A stretch of DNA of 64,000 bases from Enoplolaimus lenunculus (Eukaryota), in NCBI GenBank assembly GCA_030248215.1, contig JASANG010001128.1:1-64000 (forward strand), in the 5' to 3' direction. Made by a program: the position numbers and the translations under genes. Within the stretch, counting starts at the first letter, position 1; the number at the start of each line of letters is the position of its first letter. The notes beneath the pieces were generated by a model. That model was not told the origin of the DNA and searched no databases. It saw only the letters and a list, made by a program, of their open reading frames with translations. This document shows, piece after piece, positions 59,087 through 64,000 of the stretch.

Positions 59087-62000
59087 AGTTGTTGTTGTTT
59101 TTGTTGTAGTTGTTGTTGTTGTAGTTGTAAACGTACATGATTCGCTGGTGCCGAAATTGGTTGCCATTGTTGCGTACCACATGTAACATCGTTATCATTT
59201 AAAAACTCTTGATTTCCGTCGTACCCGGCCTTGTTAATTGAAGCTGGTTCAAATTTTGGCTGAGGCAACATTTGTGGCAGATATTGGTTTTGTTGCGATT
59301 GTTGCGTTTGAGGTGTTGCTACACCGTTGTTGTTGTTGTTGTTGTTGTTTCTTAAAGATGTGTTTTTATCTTATATATTAATATCGCTAATAGGGCGAAT
59401 GTTACTTTGACGGGCATAACAGTAGCATAACTGTATTCGTAAGCCTAAGCATCAGCGTAGGCATAACGCTATAATTAAGCTTAAGCCTAAGACGAAGCAA
59501 ACATTTCGTGTAAAAGTTTAGTTTACTCTATTGAATTTTGACCAAAACCACCCCTGCGCACACTGCAAATTCCAATGAGTTGGCTAATCAATTCAACTAG
59601 CGAGTTGGTTATTTCTAAATTAATATCAGTAAACATTAACTCACTCTGAGTTGAGTTGATTCTCACTCTAAGTTGAGTTGACTCTAGGTGAGTTGATGAA
59701 TTAACTCAGAATGAACTGAATCAACTCAAAATTCTAAGTTCTGATAGTTCTAACTCAGACTGAGTGATTCAACTCATTGTGAGTTAAACTCAATTCACTC
59801 AAATTTACAGTGCAGAACAATCGCTTATGTCTCTTATGTCTTGGCGGATACGGAAATTTTCACCAGGGATGCCAAGTGATGTATTATAAGATTGAATACC
59901 TTACGGGCGAAGCGAGCGAGAAACCAAACGCAATTTTAGTCCTAAATCTTAACGATCAATTTCACTTTGATCCTTGTTGAGGAATGATGGTCTATAAATG
60001 GCGTTCCATATTTTGAGTCGTCTAAGTCTGTAGACGACGGTGGAAGCTGAAAAACATGTTAACTCATAAACGATAGCAGCTTACATATAATTATCAAACG
60101 CCGGGTACAGTTGTTGTGATGCCATAGCTGGTGTATTATTGTCGGAATAGCCAGCAAGCGTTTGAACTGTGGTATAGAATCGTGGTTCTGACTCGTAACC
60201 AGTTCCGTATGGGGTCGATTTCATATAAGTTGTTTCAGTGTCGACCGTTGTTGTTTTCGGCGAATCATCATTGGGGTTTATTAATTGAATTTCTTGAACA
60301 ACAATTATTGACTGTCTCATAATAATAATAATAATAATAATAATAATATTAACAACAACAACAACAACAATAATAATAATAGATTGTGAGTGTACTTATT
60401 TGTTTAATTTACCCCACATCAGGGGATAGAACACAAAAGTCCCTCTGTGCACCAGGATGTAAAAACGGATAGTAAACGGAAACAAATAGTGATCAAAATA
60501 GCGGAAACGGATATTGAAGTATAAAAGGTTTAAAGATGTTTTATTTTTCTGCCAACGTAATTGAAGAACGCAAATATTCGCTGGGTTTTCTAAAATTTTA
60601 AAGAAACAAATAGCAGATGCACAGAAATTTTTTGTTAAATTTTGAACGAATTTCGAAAGAACTTGAAATTTGCCAATTACGAAATTTTGATAATTTAACT
60701 TTGTAACCAAGCAAAAACACAGGATCGTAGCCATCTCAGCCTGTTACGGGACAATTTTAAGCTCGACAGTGCCGTTGAAATAACATTGCTTAACAAGCGA
60801 CCGTGAAACTTTTTTTGGAGTGGGCCAAAAAAATTTCTATAGGACAGGGTGCAACCAAAGGTGAAAAATACCGGAGCCGGAGCCGGAGGTTAACAAAACT
60901 TGCCGGAGTCGGAGGTGAGGCGAAATTAGATAGTAACGATGATGGTTCACTAGTTAATTTTAGCCAATATCTGCCATATGTTGTTAATTTGTTTGGTTTT
61001 ACGCTAATTATCTGCGAATTTTTGGAAATTCTTTCCTGAAAATTGCGACAAAAATAAAACGAAACGCGTTCAAACAGATAAATTTTCCAAAATTAAGCAA
61101 AATTTTACTACCAAAATTGCCGCAGAACCTACGGCAAAAATTTTACCGGAGCCGGAGCCGGAGGCCAATTTTCTGCCCGAGCCGGAGGCAGACCTCCGGT
61201 TGTACTCTGCTATATGAAGGATTGTTTCACAGTTGGTCTCACTGTGTCAACGGTTCGACAAAAAAGTAACAAATAGCTCCACGCTAAACATACCCTCGCG
61301 AAAAATATCGTCTACATTTATAAGAAGGCATTCCAAAACAGCGTTGCAGTAGCGATATGGTTCAAATCTGAAAAAACAATCAAACGACTTGTTTCTGTAA
61401 AATCCATGAAAGTTTAGTACTTAAAGAAATTGAAGTCGTTTTGATTTCGTTAAAATTTAGTATTAATTACCATTTATTATACGATCAACCTTAACCCCCC
61501 TTGTAACGTAGAGTAGACTATGAGCCACTTTGCGAAATCCGTATGCCAAAAATTGTACGCAATGCGCAGTATTTAGTAATTAGTACACGTATATGCTACG
61601 CACTAAACCAATCTTCGCAGGAAGTGACGAGTAAACTCGTGCTCGAGTGTCAAGCTCCTATAGCTGGCTGGTGATGGTAAATGCCATAGCATAAGTAGGT
61701 TTCAGATGAAATAGAAAAATATTCATGCGAGAAAGAGATAAGTTACTGGTGATGATAAACGCCTCTCACTCCAGTTTCCGAGGCTTGAATCCTAGCATAG
61801 GTCTCAGATAAAATAGTAAAATATTTATGCGAAGTTTAAAATAAAAAAATTTTGCCTGAAAAATCTGACCGGAGGACCATGATTCACACTCAGCGGAGAG
61901 AAAATGTGGTGACAATTTTGGTCAAAAGATCATCTCTCAAATTAGGAATCAACTCCTGACTCCGAACCTTACCCAGTCGGGTCTGATGATCGTATCAAAT

Positions 62001-63216
62001 CAGGTGCAATAACCATTGCTAAGTTTGAAGCAGTCATTTTGTTTTCAGCAGAATATTTTGCTATTTTAGCAAAAAACATTATCAAATATCTAAAAACACA
62101 CAAAATCTCTAAACTAAATTAACATTAAACTTCTCGTACAGTTGCCCCACAGGCTATAATAGGCTTATGCTTACGCTTAGGTTTCAGAATCGACTTTCTG
62201 ACTCTGAGAACATCAACCTTTGCGGTAGTTTTTGCCTAAGCCTAAAAGCGTTAGGTTTCAAGTGTACAGATGGTGTATAAGAGCCCAAATTTGTTTGGGT
62301 TATTAAGCATTAACCTATGATGAACCAAAAATAATAATCGTACAAATTTTAGCGATGCTATTGGTAAACAACGGCAGCGCTTGTAACCAGGAACTGGTTT
62401 GAAGGATTAAGAAGCCTTATTGACGTTGAAAACATAAATTTTTGACCTTAAAATTGTTTTGATGCAATTGAACAACATTTCGTCCTTGGCTGAGACCACA
62501 TACCATCTTTTGAAACATCGATCCATGTTACTTTTAAACTGTAAATTGCAATGAGTTGATTAATCAATTCAGCTAGCGAGTTGGTTATTTCTAAATTAAT
62601 ATCAGTAACCATTAACTGACTCTGAGTTGAGTTGATGCTCACTCTGAGTTGAGTTGACTCTGGGTGAGTTGCTTAATTATCTCAAAATGAATTGAATCAA
62701 CTCAAAATTCTGAGTTCTGATAGTCCTAACTTAGACTGAGTGATTCAACTCATTCTGAGTTAAAATCAACTCATTGAAATACAGTGTAGGACCGTCCCAG
62801 TTTTTGGTGGGTCTGTAAAATAGTAGGCTTACATTCTAGACTACATTTTTTTGCTTAGGCTTAGGCGTAGGAATATGCTTTTGCAGCGCTTAGGCTTAGC
62901 CTTGGGCTTTAGGAATACGCTTAATCTCTTGTTATGGCCCTACAAGTAACATTGGCCGAAACTTTTAACGAAAAAACAACTAATATGACTCTGGCGGAGT
63001 CGAATTTTGACTCAGTTTGTGTAGTAAGGAAAAGCCTATTTCAAAGAGAGTCAATTTGACTCACTATTTCTTGCAGTGTATCACTCGCTTTGTATAAGCC
63101 ATATACCTTAGTAAACAATTTATGAACTGCGAACGTACTTCAAGTTATCATAATTACATTTCGGCAATTCCTTTACTATTCGCTTCAACGCAGCAACGCG
63201 GTCAGGTCCGTCAACT
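58756..63216 (-). CDS. 3' part of a second RhoGAP gene (paralog) with Q/N-rich C-terminal tail; continues beyond the window
   Basis: Phase-consistent exons 63216-63139 (VDGPDRVAALKRIVKELPKCNYDNLK), 62089-61973 (YLIMFFAKIAKYSAENKMTASNLAMVIAPDL), 61367-61294, 60292-60085, 59350-58756 (polyQ, stop). Confidence 0.85.
60845..61209. mobile_element. hAT-like MITE
   Basis: TIRs CAGGGTGCAACC / GGTTGTACTCTG; TSD CTATAGGA/CTATATGA. Confidence 0.8.
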
Positions 63217-64000
63217 CTGAACGAATAAACACGACAATACGTCAAAAATAGTAAGAATTATATACACTATAAATTAGCTACTTGTTTCTCGCAATACAAA
63301 AATTTTTGCTTAGGCTTAAAAGAGAAATTTGACAAAAGAATGGACGTTTCAGATGTCTTCTTTTGTTATTTTTGACCCATGTAAACATCAGGGGCGCAAC
63401 GTTATTCTGTAAGACTGGAACGAAATATGCTTATAAAGCTCTCGACTATTTTTTTGCTTAGGCTTACGTTTACGCTTTGGAATATGCTTATACTACAGTT
63501 TATGCCCCTGTTCTACACATTGGCCTTATTTCGTAGCAAACTTAAAGAATTCCTAAAAACGTGTACATACTTAAATGATAGTGTAAACAACGTATATTTC
63601 ATGTTATTAATATCAACTACTTTATATCCGCTTTACGTTTCCGGCATATTATGATTTGTATTCGTTTCCGTTTCCGGTATTTGCTCAAATCGTTTATGTA
63701 CTGGTGACTGAGTACCTCGCTGACATACGGACCTTTGTAATGTTAAGACGAATCAGTATTATAAGCATATTCCTAAGCGTAAGCCTAACCTAAGCGTAAG
63801 GTAAAGCCTAAGCCTAAGCCTAAGCCTAAGTTTAAGAGTAAGAATGAGCATATTTGATAAAAAATATCAAAAACTCAAATGACGCAGTTGTCGTAACCTC
63901 CGTCATAATTAGGCCAATGTAAAGAACAGAGGCGGATCAGTATTATAAGCATATTCCTAAGCGTCAGCCTAAGCCTAAGCGTAAGCCTAAGTCTAAGCCT

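Noticed and set aside
58728..59198. Poly-Asn and poly-Thr ORFs
   Set aside because: Alternative frames of the CAA tract; splice phase supports the Gln frame
62504..62538. Extra minus-strand exon (LKVTWIDVSKD)
   Set aside because: Acceptor comes from a MITE end, it would break phase, and it has no counterpart in the paralog
63770..64000. True telomere at the window end
   Set aside because: CCTAAG tracts are short, degenerate and bounded by MITE TIR sequence

Overview
AT-rich animal (invertebrate) genomic DNA, dense in MITEs; frequent TTTCAG acceptors and TTAGGC repeats hint at a nematode-like host but do not prove it. Contents: (1) a tandem Penelope-like retroelement at 1-5030 with an intact RT + GIY-YIG ORF, a minimal hammerhead ribozyme and unusual extra upstream ORFs. 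(2) A spliced BAR-RhoGAP host gene (+ strand, ~24222-56977) and the 3' part of an inverted, tail-to-tail RhoGAP paralog with a polyQ tail (- strand, 58756 to beyond 63216). (3) A partly decayed Polinton/Maverick (adintovirus-like) element at ~44300-52945 inside a 13.8-kb intron of the first gene. It encodes pPolB, integrase, packaging ATPase and capsid proteins, plus NADAR and a TATA-binding-protein homolog. Strongest observation: eight of the element's genes have CTTAAAWR (TATAWAWR with TA changed to CT) 35-40 nt upstream of their ATG, which suggests an element-encoded TBP with its own promoter code. All calls are by-eye motif recognition; no searches were run.
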